Assembly: GCA_951406725.2 (NCBI GenBank)
Contig: OX597833.1
Span: 67,828,001-67,892,000 of the forward strand
Direction of reading: 5' to 3'
Length of the DNA stretch: 64,000 bases
From: Octopus vulgaris
Lineage: Eukaryota
The notes beneath the pieces were generated by a model. That model saw nothing but the letters and a program-made list of their open reading frames with translations, was not told where the DNA came from and made no database searches. Below are positions 50,963 through 64,000 of the stretch, in pieces. Within the stretch, counting starts at the first letter, position 1. Each line of letters begins with the position of its first letter. Made by a program: the position numbers and the translations under genes.

Positions 50963-53399
50963 TAATATATAAACGCCTGAGAATTACGTTCTTTGTGATA
51001 CAGAGAACAAGCAAGGGATTAAATCTGTTGTTGGGTTCTAGGATTAAGAGGATATAACTTTGTTGTCATTAGTGCATGTATGGTGTACGTTCTAGGTTTG
51101 CTTGTTCCAAGCTTTTTCACAATTTTGTCCAGAACGCCCATTCTTGTTTCCAGACTTTAAGTCAGCCATTTTTTCGTACGTTCTATATAATATAACGCTT
51201 TCTTTCCATAAACCCCAAATTACCTCGCTGGTTCAAATAATTAATACAGTGTTTCATATACAGTGCTGCATGAACGCCAGGGAAATGTGTCACGTGCGTC
51301 ACATGTGGTACACTGGTCAGGCAAATGGTTGAAACGTAATTCTCTATTTTCTTCAACGCCTGCTTCCTAGTAGTTTGGATGTTTATTTTTTCTCACGATC
51401 ATAATGCTGTAGGTTCAATCCTTCGACTAGGTGGTACAACGTAAGACATTTCAAGTTATTCTAATCTATTCAATAGAAAATGTGGATTTGCTTTCAGATC
51501 CTGGAAAAGCCGTTTGGTCCAAAGAGTAGCGAGGTTATTAATGTCTACTTGCAGTTCCACGGGCACCTAAAATAGTTAACGAAAGAATGGTACATGTTAC
51601 TAAGCCATACTTGCTTGCAGTTGATAGCTGTTTCTGTTCAATATATGTGTCGTTTTCTTGAAGAAACGGGTAGAAATTTCACGGAAATATGCTTGTTACT
51701 TCATGCATTTGTATAAGCTATCAACATGATTCTACATTTCGTGAAATTCTTTATGCTGAAGTTATCAGATATACTTTAAAAGAAATGATTTTGTCCAGCG
51801 CGTATGTTATTATTACTGGGCATAATACCCTCTCAACACACAAAATGATATTTGTTTCCGCTCATTCTAAATGTTTCGTATTTTTGAACACACCTTATTG
51901 TTAGGAAAGTTTTGATAAATATCCCTGAACAGTACTCAATACCGAGTACAGAGCATAGGCAAGAACTTTCGTTAAAACAGAACAATGCACCTGATTTTTC
52001 AATCAGCCATTTTGAGCAGAAAAATAAACAAAGAAGTAATTATGGTATGTTAGCATTTCAGTCGCCTTAGTAACGGTTTTCGTACCTGCAGTTAAATTGC
52101 TGTACGTGTTCGGTACATTAATATTCATAGAGCGCCTCGTAGAAATTAACCCCCCCCACACACACACACATACACATACTTTACTATTAAGTCTTTTGCT
52201 AACCTCCTGCAGGTAGAAATATTTTCATTATATTTATGACTTTCATAAACACCTATCATTGAGTTCGTTTTACACGCACGCACGCGCGCATACACACACG
52301 CACGTGTTTGGGGAGAGATAGAATGTGTGTATTTGTGTGTGTGTGTCTTGTGGATATAATTGTATAATAGCTTCGCATGAATTTGTATGTTTGTATATAA
52401 ATGCGTATATTATATGTGTGTGAGTGCGTGTGTATATGTAAGTAGTTGTGCACACACACTTATCACATCCATATAAATACAGATTAATACACACATATAT
52501 ATATACAGATACATATATGCATATATATATACACACACACACATATATGCATATATATATACACACATATATATTTATATATGTACGTATACATATATAT
52601 TTATATATATATATATATATACTTACATACACACATAAACATGCGCAAACTCGCACGCATATTCACATATAACCAAAATCACATTCGCGTGTGCACCTAC
52701 ACACACACTCATACGCATCAACATACACACACACACACTCACACGACCACAGGCATGCCTATCGCTCGCAAACCATCAATAAAACTATTAATGCTAATGC
52801 AATCTTTCTTTTCAACTGACCTATAAATTGTGTTGGCATCGAGTTTTATCATTCGCCATTTCATAGCTGATAACGTGAGCGTATCACCGCTAAAATGGCG
52901 TCGAGGCAATCCACCGTAGAGCTATCAAAAACAGAACGAAATGGCCTCAGCACTATTATAAGCTGTGACTCACTCTTCAACACCTTACATTTACCAACAA
53001 ACAAATCTGAGGTCTCTCTTTTTTTCACTTACCTTCAACCTATTCAATTTATATTCTAGCTAGTCACCCATTTCCTAGCGCAGCCTTTTGTTGTATATCT
53101 TGCCACCTTTCTATGTTATCTCACCTCGCAGACTGTAAAAACTCTTTGTTCCTAAAACCTGCAACGCTCTGGGATACTAATACATTCAGTTTTGGTATTA
53201 TCGCTGTTGTTATTGTCATTGTTAATTCCCTTCATGTATATTTTTTGATGAAAACTGCTGCAAACACAGTTTTTCGCTTTTGTCTGTTTTGTAATATATT
53301 TTCATCGGTTTTACACCTTGGCTTTTAAACTGGCCTTACCAGGCCCAAACATTCTATACACTTCATGTTCAAACTGGCCAGATTGGGCCTCTCACACCT

Positions 53400-53609
53400 A
53401 CTTTTACTTGTTTCAGTCATTTGACTGCGGCCACGCTGGAGCACCGCCTTTAATCGAGCAACTCGAACCTGGGACTTATTCCTTTGTAAGCCCAGTACTT
53501 ATTCTATCGATCTCTTTTGCCGAACCGCTAAGTAACGGGGACATAAACACACCAGAATCGGTTGTCAAGCAATGCTAGGGGGACAAACACAGACACACAA
53601 ACACACACA

Positions 53610-53661
<52 letters not shown>

Positions 53662-53825
53662 TATATACGACGGGCTTCTTTCAGTTTCCGTCTACCAAAT
53701 CCACTCACAAGGGTTTGGTCGGCCCGAGGCTATAGTAGAAGACACTTGCCCAAGTTGCCACGCAGTGGGACTGAACCCGGAACCATGTAGTTGGTAAACA
53801 ATCTACTTACCACACAGCCACTCCT
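53400..53825 (-). mobile_element. Family A SINE, full length
   Basis: Full reverse-complement match. Confidence 0.92.
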
Positions 53826-54635
53826 ACCACGTAATGTCATTCGAAAAATATACAATTATTCATTAAAAATCTCGAAGCTACGAGAAAAAGCATGACCAAT
53901 AAAAACCAATTTGAAAAACATGAATATATTTGACAAAGTATTCTGAATACTGAAGTGTTAAACGGAACGGATCCATTTCAGTTTCTATCTAACAAACCAA
54001 ACCTGCTCACAGGGCTTTATTGATCTCGAAGCTAAAATAAAAAATCGCTTGTAGAAGCTGCCCAATGTCACGAGATTGGAAAGCAGGCTGCACACGCATG
54101 CGCCTTGTGTACGACACTACATATGCTATGCTAGGAAATAGTTTTAGATCCTCCAAAGCCTGTGTCTGCAAACGTAAATTAGAATTTCGTAAACTGTAAA
54201 TAATCTATGCAGTGCTTAGGGGTAATAATATGTGTGGGCGGCGCTGGTGGAAACGGTGAGATGTCCTCACGCAGGAATAGAAGAATGCGATAATATATTC
54301 ATTGGTTCATTACAATCCATTGTGCTTAGTTTACCAACATTGTGCATGCAATTAGCAACAGCCCACTCCAAGACGTATCGCTTTCACAGCAATACGAAAA
54401 CCAGGGAATCTCATGCCAACCAACTTCTGCAATGCTTTCAAATTGTTATCAGCGGCGTTTAGTAGTTCCATACATCTGTCTCTCTCCCACTCCCTCTCTC
54501 TCTTCATTCCCTTGCTCTCTCTTTTCTCTTCTCTACCTATCTCTCTCTGTTCTTTCTCCCTCTCTCCTACCTACTACTCTTTTTAACTCTCTCTTTCTCT
54601 CTTTCCTCTTTAACCCACTCTCGTATGTGTGTGTG

Positions 54636-54688
<53 letters not shown>

Positions 54689-54689
54689 A

Positions 54690-55078
54690 TTCTATTTGTT
54701 TCAGTCATTTGACTGCGGCCATGCTGGAGTACTGCCTTGAGTCGAACAAATCGACATGAGGACTTATTCTTTGTAAGCCCAATACTTATTCTATGGGTCT
54801 CTGTTGCCGAAATGCTAAGTTATTGGACGTAAACACACCAACATCGGTTGTCAAGCGATGCTGGGAGTCAAACACACACACTATATATATATATGTATGT
54901 ATGTATGTATGTATGCATGGATGTATGTACGGCGGGCTTCTTTCAGTTTCCGTCAACCAAATCCACTCACAAGACTTTGGTCGGCCCAAGGTTATAGTAG
55001 AATACATTTGTCCAAGGTGCTACACAGTGGGACTGAACCCGGAGCCATGTGGTTGGTAAGCAAGGTACTTACCACACG
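54690..55078 (-). mobile_element. Family A SINE
   Basis: Full reverse-complement match. Confidence 0.9.
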
Positions 55079-55977
55079 AGCACATCCACATGCACATGCA
55101 TTCCGAAATGCATGCACGCACACACATACTTCTGTATTTATATTTCGGTGTGTGTTTGTTTATCATATCTACCTATTTCGATATATGATTTGTTTCTTTG
55201 ATTAGCTCTACCTTCGTATCTCTCTCACCCTTTTCTCTCTCTCTCTCTCTCTCTTCCTCACTCTCTCTCTCTCTCTTCCTCACTCTCTCTCCCCCTCCCT
55301 CTCTCTCTGTACACACACATCTCATTATATCGGTTTATCTAGCTATAGCTATTTAATACTTTCCAATTTAGCTCCGAAATATATCCTCATACACGAAAAT
55401 AGTTTGCGCTCTCTAAGTCTCCCTCTCCCCCTCTCTCTCTCCCTCCCTCCCCCTCTCTTCCAGTTTCTCTTATTTCTCTTTCTCACTCTCGCCTTCCCCG
55501 AAACTCTAACGTACTCTCACTCAATATTACAATCTCTCTCTTGTCCCCACTCTCTCCTCCCCTCTCTCTCAGTTTTCCATATTCTTTCTCTATCACCCTT
55601 TCTGAAATTCTAAGGGATCGTCACTCTATATCTCAGGCAATCCCTCTTTTCTCTCCACTCCCCCTCCCTCTATGTTGTTTTACAAATTTTCACCTACCAT
55701 ACTTATATCTTGTTTCAGCTTCGTAAACTGACGGTATTTTTACCGGTTTAACTACACAAACTGCAAAAATAAATAAGGAAACAAAACAAAACAAAACAAA
55801 AAAGAAAACAAACAAAAGCAGACGATATTGAATTTCGTCCCTTTTCCCGCTCTCCTCTCTTCCACTTTACCTCCGCCATTTGGTTCAGTTTTTAAAAACA
55901 CCAAAGCCCTTCTCTCTCTCCCTCACTCCTTTTACATTTAACATCGACCGAACATCTATTTATTTATCAACGGTTAG

Positions 55978-56033
<56 letters not shown>

Positions 56034-56281
56034 TCCCAATTACACCGTTTCTTGTACGTAAAATTCTGCAAATTAACAACTCTTCTGCACTTCGTATTCT
56101 CTTTTGTATCATTCTCTCTCCTCTGCGTTTAGTTTAGATATTTGTCTGTTCTTTTTGCGTGCAATTATTTAGCTCAGCAAATGTTCGCACCTTCACTCTC
56201 GTCTCTCAACCACCAATTAATACACCAAACACACACACTCACATTCCACACTCTACCTCACGTTCACTCACACTTGTAAAT

Positions 56282-56562
56282 GCTCTCTCTCTCTCACTCT
56301 TCCTCTCTCTCTCTCACACTCTTCCTCTCTCTCTCTCACACTCTTCCTCTCTCTCTCTCACACTCTTCCTCTCTCTCTCTCACACTCTTCCTCTCTCTCT
56401 CTCACTCTTCCTCTCTCTCTCTCACTCTTCCTCTCTCACTCTCACTCTTCCTCTCTCCCTCTCACTCTTCCTCTCTCTCTCACACTTCCTCTCTCTCTCA
56501 CTCTTCCTCTCTCTCTCACTCTTCCTCTCTCTCTCTCTCTCTTCTTCTCTCTCTCTCTCACT
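56282..56562. repeat. CT-rich minisatellite, units about CTCTCTCTCACACTCTTC
   Basis: Directly visible. Confidence 0.9.
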
Positions 56563-56846
56563 CGAACGCAGCTTTCTCTTCTACAGTCGTTTAGACATGT
56601 TCTACCTTTATCTCTCACTCACACAAACATACATACTCCACCACAAACACACTCCAGTTCATACACATACGGATGCACGCTCACTCACACTCGTGTTCTA
56701 TCTTTATGCCTTACTTTCATCCACTCACTCCTTCTCTCTAAAATCCCAGCACCACAAACCTACACTAATATCTCTTTCTTGTAGAGGCACAGGGCGGAGC
56801 GGCGGTGGGGTTAATCGATTACAGCGATTCTAGTGCTTAATTAGTA

Positions 56847-56877
<31 letters not shown>

Positions 56878-56898
56878 GTTTGTCTATCTATCTATCTA

Positions 56899-56940
<42 letters not shown>

Positions 56941-57728
56941 CCTTTGTCCATCTATCTCTTTGTCTATCTATCTCTTTGTCTATCTATCTGTCTGTGTATC
57001 TATCTATCTGTCTATCTGTCTGTCTCTCTATCTGTCTGTCTGTCTGTCTGTCTGTCTTGGCAATCTTGCAATTGAGTGTTATATACGGGTGGGGGTTTAA
57101 AAGTGGTTTACCCTTCATTTATACGCCAACATAAAGTGGAGAGGATACAAAATGGACAGACATCAGCCGATAAACATATGTCTGTTTATTTATCGGAATA
57201 AATAGACACACTGGAACGTTTACCGGTTGATGTCTGTCGATTTTGTATCCTCTCCACTCATTTGCCATATACATATATATATATATGTATATACAAGTCG
57301 CACCTGCGCGTTTGCATGTACACAACGCAGTTCACCGCGGATCGCAGTCGCAGTCGTCGTGGCTGTTTAGTAGAATTTCTGGTTGTTTCAATTAACTTAT
57401 CTCTTTCCGTATCCGGAACCTTCTACATAATTACACAATTAGATATGAAAGCACTGACTGTGCACTTCCTAGAAATACCAAAAAAAAAAAAAAAAAAAAA
57501 AAATAATAATGATAAATAAATAAAACAAAGTCCTGAGTAAATAAATCTATTCCTGTAAGCAAAACAAACATCTCTTCAATATCTCTTCAGTATCTCTGAA
57601 GCAACCATTCCTGATGTTATTTTATTTAGATATTGTAGTGTATATCTTTTTTTATGTACTACAACTTTCGTTTACGTCCATCGTTGTTTCAATTTATAGC
57701 TGAACTTTAAAATGTCCTGATGTTGTTA

Positions 57729-57769
<41 letters not shown>

Positions 57770-58250
57770 GAGTGAGAGAGCAGTTCATGCCATCAAAGTG
57801 ACACTGGGGTAAAATATACGAAGCCCAATATACCCATCATGACTACCCGTCTGATAAGGGTACACCAGGCACACGCATCACAACCATATGTGCGCGACAT
57901 GGTGATCTCATATCAAGATAAACAGCACGTGACATTGCAGGTGGGGCCCAGTTAGAATTTTCTTCAGGTTGAGTAGCCCATCCTGCTCAAAAGGTCCCTG
58001 AATAAGGGTTGTTTAAGGATGTTGAAAGAACCACCCATGTTTCCAGAGGTGAATTATTCAAACCCCAAAGAATCCCTCTCAACACATGGCTATGATGCTC
58101 CCCCACTACTTCTGCTCGTGATTTAGAGATGCACATATCGTCAGCCACTAAGGGACATGCTCAACTGGTTAAGGTCAAACAACTGACAAGCAAATCTGTG
58201 GTACTGAGCAGAATATTTGCTGTAGCCCATCTTTTATACCAAGACAAAAC
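57770..58250. mobile_element. ~480-bp non-coding insert splitting a (TTA)n tract, probably a retroelement end
   Basis: Abrupt GC-richer unique-looking block with (ATT)n on both sides and no long ORF. Class is inferred only. Confidence 0.5.
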
Positions 58251-58277
58251 AATTATTATTATTATTATTATTATTAG

Positions 58278-58520
58278 GGCGGCGAGCTTTGCAGAATAGT
58301 TAAGCACGCCGTTATTTCGTCTGTCGCTATGTGCTGAGTTCAAATATCGCCGCGGTCGATTTTGCCTTGCATCCTTCAAGTACCAGTTCGCACTGTGAAT
58401 CAATATAATTGATACGATTCCTTCGCCCAAATGTGAGGCCTTACACTTCCAGTAGAATGAATTATTATTAATTCAAATTCCTCCGAGGTCGACTTTAGCG
58501 TTCATCTTTTCGTGGTTGAT
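58278..58520 (+). mobile_element. Family B SINE (alternative tail) plus a fragment
   Basis: GGCGGCGAGCTTTGCAGAATAGTTAAGCACGCCG...GGTCGATTTTGCCTTGCATCC...GGCCTTACACTTCCAGTAGAATGAATTATTATT. Confidence 0.75.
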
Positions 58521-59050
58521 TTTTTTTTATTTAGAAAAAAAAATTAATAAAATGGTTAAGAAATTATATAAAGAAAATATTACAAGTTTCGATGATGAAT
58601 CTCATCTTATCAAATATCATTAGAAATTTATAAAAACAGTTTATCTTCTGTGCGGAGTCAAAATGGCCTAGTATTACCTGATCATAAAACATTGTTAATT
58701 CACTGACGACACGAAACTCTGTCGCACCTGGTGTCTCATTATAATTTATTGAAAGAAGTGTCTTCGGCGTACTATATTTTCTTGGACTCAGTATATATAT
58801 ATATATATAAAAGTACAAAGTAAGATTGGGGTTATGAATGTAACCCACTATGGGATATCATTTATCCATTTTATATGTTTTATTTTTATGGTATTATCTT
58901 ACTTATTGATGTATATTGTTTTATTCAGTCTTATTCTGTTGGATTTGGATGTTCCTATTTAATCTAAATAATTAGTTAATAAATTATATGAAATGGTATT
59001 ATCTAGAAGTTGATCATTGAAAGAAATCTATTCCTCCATTTCTTTATTTT

Positions 59051-59097
<47 letters not shown>

Positions 59098-59262
59098 GTC
59101 TTTCTTTTCCGGAGAGATAAAAGGCTAATAGATAATTCACAGAGATTAACAGCAAGATAAGCGAGTTGATAGGAGCAAAAGGCTAAGGTTTTGCTGAGAG
59201 TGCACTAGCCATCTGGGTTGTGATAGGATTGTTGTTGGTAATTATGATCTTGAACAGAAAAG

Positions 59263-59335
59263 GCGCACCGCTAGGAATCGAACTCACGACCTGTAGATCG
59301 CGAGCCGATTACCGTAACCACTGTGATAAACACTT
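59263..59335 (-). mobile_element. tRNA-derived head of a third SINE family
   Basis: Reverse complement CAGTGGTTACGGTAATCGGCTCGCGATCTACAGGTCGTGAGTTCGATTCCTAGC has A/B-box-like motifs but no acceptor stem. Confidence 0.55.
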
Positions 59336-59451
59336 TCACGGCAGATGTCTGTAGGGATGAACTGGATGTTATTGAATGGTAGATGCAGTGATGATGATGA
59401 TGGCAAAGGAACCTCTTCTTACTAAATTGCGGAGGTAGAATTACCAGGCAT

Positions 59452-59715
59452 GGGGTAGAAAGGGCTCCTTAGCCGTAGTGAAGGCAATCTATCTAGGGAG
59501 ATAACCTTACAATAAATCACTGGATCCGTAGCTTAGAAATACTGGGTTGACGTCCAGCGGGAACAGCTTTGTTTCATGGAGGAGGAAAGATCTTCTTTAG
59601 TACTTGGTTGTACAATGCTTTCCAATGTGTGTAGTAGTGGCGCGCGCACATATTATTAGCCATTTGAAAAGACTATGAAAGTCTCGACCACGGTCGAACA
59701 ATGATGATGATGATG
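59452..59715 (+). mobile_element. RTE-like short retroposon with (ATG)n tail and 12-bp TSD
   Basis: TSD ATTACCAGGCAT at 59440-59451 and 59716-59727; 3' inverted repeat TCGACC-AC-GGTCGA, then (ATG)n. Confidence 0.75.
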
Positions 59716-60449
59716 ATTACCAGGCATACTTTCTTTCGAATTATCCACGAAGGAATTGAAGAAAACGGACGAAAATAGAGAATAACGTTTTAAACGTGAT
59801 TTCTTCAGTGGTTTCGAGGAGGTAGTTACGTAGATATAATTTTGTTTTCATATACTTCTCGTACGTGAATAACCACTGCGGACATATATATATATATATA
59901 TAAATATATATACAGAGAAAAACTATGCCATGAATACCAGAAAATTAGTCGGTGGTTGTCTGCCAGTTCCAAGTTTGGAGAAAGAATACAACAGACGACG
60001 TTTCTCTGTAAATAACACTTCTAAGAAGAAGAAGAAGAAGAAGAAGAGGAGAAGGCGGAGGAGGAGGAGGAGGAGGAGGAAAGAAAGCAGAAGCGTTAGA
60101 GGTGCTTAACACGGTTAAGATGTTGGCAGGTGCATATATGCTCTGTCATGTGTGTAGAAATAGCGAAACTGAAGACTAAATAAATATTAGCAGTTATTCC
60201 ATTCCATGAAGACGTTGGTAACATTTCTGTTGAGTGGTACTCGGTGACTAACAACTTATATATTAATCATTGCACACCTGCTGGTCCACACACCACACCA
60301 CACACACGCAGAGTATATGTAATATATATATATATTACATATACTATATATATATCACATGCTCAGTTAAAGAGATATAGTTATGCGAATACACATGCAA
60401 TATCTTAACATTTATATATGCCTAGTTATGTTTGAATGCGTATATGTGC

Positions 60450-60506
<57 letters not shown>

Positions 60507-61139
60507 TGTGTGTGTGTGTGTATACACATTTATTTATGTATGTATATACAAGAGGATTCTTTGGTAAGAGAAGCGGAAAGAAATTTTAAACATGGTATGA
60601 GATACTCAAGAACATGCAATAATTTGAAAATGATTTTAGCATTTAGAGATGGTTTTATTGGTTCAAATCTTTAAATGTGAGTTCGCACCTACCCTTGCTC
60701 GCCAAAAGAAAAAAAGCGAAAATTTATTAAGGTCTGAAGTCGAAAACCTTTTTTCCAAAGAGGAAACGGGCAGTATTGAGATAGATATAATTTCATACGA
60801 TATTTCAACCTGAAATTCGCAAGTAGACAGAGGGACATCTCTTCAAGATTCACTTCATGAAATTATCGCGATTGCAAAGATTTTAGAACCGAAGAGAAGT
60901 TCTATGAATTGCGATGGGTTTTCCTTTGCCAACGTAAAGTGTGACGCGGTTGGAAATGAGATTTAGCTGCAGATATTACGGAGTGGATTAACTTTCTCAG
61001 AATTTTCATTGAATAAATTATGTTAATTCATCATTGTCGATATTTTATAGATCAAATGAAGGATGCACTTACATGGAAACATATTCTGTGTGTATATATA
61101 TATGTTTAGCAGGGGTAAGAGTGACTCAAGGTGCGCGAG

Positions 61140-61277
61140 TGTCGCCTTAGCCGCAGGTGTGTTGTAGGAAGTTTTCTTCCCAAACACACGGTTTCAGGTT
61201 CAGTCCCAGTGCTTGGCAACTTGGGCAAGTGTCTTCTAGTATGGCCTCGGGCCGACTAAAGCATTGTGAGTGAATTT
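61140..61277 (+). mobile_element. Family A SINE 5' part
   Basis: GGTTCAGTCCCAGTG...CTTGGGCAAGTGTCTTCTAGTATGGCCTCGGGCCGAC. Confidence 0.8.
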
Positions 61278-61911
61278 ACACAACACTGGCAGATCCGTTA
61301 TCTCCAAAGGATTAGAAATACAAATGAACAGAACATGCATTTGACGTCTTTAAAAGTTTCATTTCCGTTTCCGTAACACCTTTCGCAATTTGGTAAGTTA
61401 CAGAAACGGAGCTCCGTTATATTTGTCTCCACTCCAAAATTTTTTAGCAGACGTTGAACACAGTTCGCTCGCAGACATTCATATTGGCCAGCGTTAACTG
61501 TTGAGATAGAGGCGAATTTCGGAGTACCTTGAGAAAAGGAGAAATTTCTTGGTTGGTTCGAGGCGTAAAATTACGACTAATTCTATATTCGTTACAATCG
61601 AATCAGCTCAGAAAAATCAAATATGAAGAAAGGCCACACTAATATTGTCTGTTAGTCGTCGCCTACCGTTTTTGTCCGTTTTTCATGCGAGTCTAAGTGC
61701 AAAACTGGTTAAGGAAACGGAAAGGTAAATTAATTTCCTCAGACTTCAAGTGCATATTCAATATTTCACTATATATGTATATATATATATATGTATATAT
61801 ACACACACACATATCCACATCTCTCTTACGTGAGTGCACGTATTAAATATAATTTGTTTACAATCTAATCGCATATATATTAAGAATATCTATCTACTTA
61901 CCAACCTACAC

Positions 61912-61963
<52 letters not shown>

Positions 61964-63029
61964 GTGTGTGTTTAATATTTCCATACATATAAATATAATG
62001 TTCCGCAAAGATACGAGATGTATTGCCTTGATATCAATAAATGTTGATGATTATATACACATTGATATATGTATACAGATATTCGCACACACACACACAC
62101 ACACATAGTCATACACACATGTATATGTGAGGGTGAAAGAGAAGATAAACCAATCGAAAACCGGAACACAAACAGACACGAATACATAAAATCAATATTC
62201 GTGGGTTTCATAGAAATCTTAGTCTAATTAAAACTATATTAATATTCTCTTGCTGATCAGCCAACTAATATATGATGGAGGATATGTTTCCAATGATATT
62301 TGTACTAAAGAAGGAAAGCTTTAAATTATTGTTGGTTTCCAATAAGTATTATTGGTTGCGTAGACGCAGGTATGGCTTTTAGTTTACGAGGTTCGTTTCG
62401 AATCTAAATGCTTTTGGGTTCGATCTAAATGGCAGCAACTTGAGCGAAATTTTCCTGCTGTAGACGTGGTTTGTCAAAGATATGTGATTGAGATTTAGTC
62501 AAACGGAATCTTTGTGGAAGAGCCTTGGAGCCACTGTTCTTTGTCTGTGTTTAATAGACAAAATTTGTCGCGCTTTTGCTGCCTGATGCCAAACAGCTGG
62601 GTTTTCTTTTCAATACAGCGGAGCTTATCGCCGTTCTAAATATTTGGAAGGGTCTGCAGTGTTCAGATAACAACCCTTTAGCTACCCAACAGACGAACCA
62701 CGATACGTTCCCATTTCTGGTTAAAGTTTTCGAAAAAACAATCAACAAAAAAAAAATCAATGGTTTCTCTCGTTGTCGTCTTTAGTCCCATATCAGTCAT
62801 CGATTAAGAAAGTTATCAATATTTTGAAAGTTTGAACGTTACCGTTTCTATTAAGCATCAAGAACAGGCTGTCTAATGCGTTCTATATTCATTGAAGCGG
62901 AACGTTCGATTTACTTGGTGTCTTCCTGATTGAATGGAACTCGCCGATCACGGAGAACAGGAAATGGATAAAAACTTCAATAGAGTTTTATTAGTTTGAT
63001 CCGTGACTCCTGTGCAAATCGTCTGTCAG

Positions 63030-63167
63030 TCTCTGTGTATATGTATATATATGCGTATGTGTGTAAGTGTGTGTATGTCTGTGTGTATATGTGTATATAT
63101 ATGTGTGTGTATATATGTGCGTATATATATATATGTATGTGTGTATATATGTGTGTGCATATATACA

Positions 63168-63200
<33 letters not shown>

Positions 63201-63480
63201 GTCTTTATATATATGTATGTGTGTGTATATATATGTGAATGTGCGTATATATATATGTGTATGTGCGTATATATATATGTGTATGTGTGTGTATATATAC
63301 GTGTGTGTATATATATATATGTGTGTGTCTTTATATATATGTATGTATATATGTGTGTATAGATATGTATGTTTTGTGTGTGTAGATGTGTGTGTCAGTA
63401 TATGTGTGTGTCTATATATGTATGTGTGTATATATATGCATGTATCCATATTTGTGTATATATGTGTATAAGTATGTATC
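63030..63480. repeat. Compound (TG)/(TA) microsatellite
   Basis: Directly visible. Confidence 0.92.
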
Positions 63481-64000
63481 TATGCGTCTGTATGTACATC
63501 CCTGCGTGTATATGCATGCCTATATATGCGTGTGCATGCGTGGGAATATACACATGTAAATGTTGGAAGATGCTGCGTATAGTTATTGGTAAACGAAAGA
63601 AAACGCTTGGACACTAATGGAATCCTCGCCAAACGACATATACAACGTGTGTGTGTGTGTATATATATACACTTATTAATAAAGAATGCAAACACACACG
63701 TTACACATAGTCACACGCACTTATGGATATATAAACAGCGCAAAGATACACATCCGTGTGTTTTGGTTTGTGTAGATACTTGTCTATATAAAATCATTTC
63801 TATTTTTTTATACTGTCACGGCAATCACTGCTAATCCATCAGTGACTTGGACAGAGTTACAGATTGTGTAGAATTCTGCTGAATTTGTTTTATTGCAAAA
63901 ACACCATTAAATATTACCGCCCAGAGAGAGAGAGAGTGAGATGGAGATACGGCTGATATACATAACTAGAGGGAGTTTTGAGGGGGGGGGGAGATGGGGA

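Noticed and set aside
58695-58730. CTGACGA-CAC-GAAA-CTCT-GTC hammerhead-like string
   Set aside because: No room for stem II and no stem I complementarity.
59263-59335. Possible tRNA gene
   Set aside because: A/B boxes present but no acceptor stem or proper cloverleaf; treated as a SINE head.
60312-60345. 34-bp perfect palindrome
   Set aside because: Mostly TA repeat, which is self-complementary; little information.
62558-62785. Possible plus-strand exon
   Set aside because: Acceptor-like site but no good donor and no recognisable product.

Overview
AT-rich, microsatellite-dense eukaryotic DNA. The repeat content resembles an octopod (Octopus-like) genome; this is an inference from the SINE families. 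Most of the window is non-coding. It holds about 17 copies or fragments of a tRNA/CORE-type SINE with an internal microsatellite (family A) and about 13 of a Deu/Nin-domain SINE (family B). It also holds two non-autonomous Helitrons, a Tc1/mariner-type MITE, L1/Tx1-like ORF1 and RT remnants, and an RTE-like short element with a 12-bp TSD. Nearly all ORFs in the supplied track are microsatellite read-throughs. One run of four phase-compatible minus-strand exons (6207->4740) encodes an unidentified protein segment rich in N-glycosylation sequons. The main signal not explained by these features is a set of hammerhead-ribozyme (HHR) motifs: (i) a type I HHR in each of two 274-bp direct repeats 1174 bp apart, a retrozyme-like layout; (ii) an HHR with a long stem II between two (TA)n runs at ~15.8 kb; (iii) four copies of a minimal Penelope-type HHR element; (iv) a decayed HHR followed by a fold-back hairpin. 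Two adjacent perfect palindromes (113-bp and 99-bp arms) abut (TA)n tracts at 43.4-44.0 kb. All folding and alignment was done by eye, and repeat boundaries are approximate.
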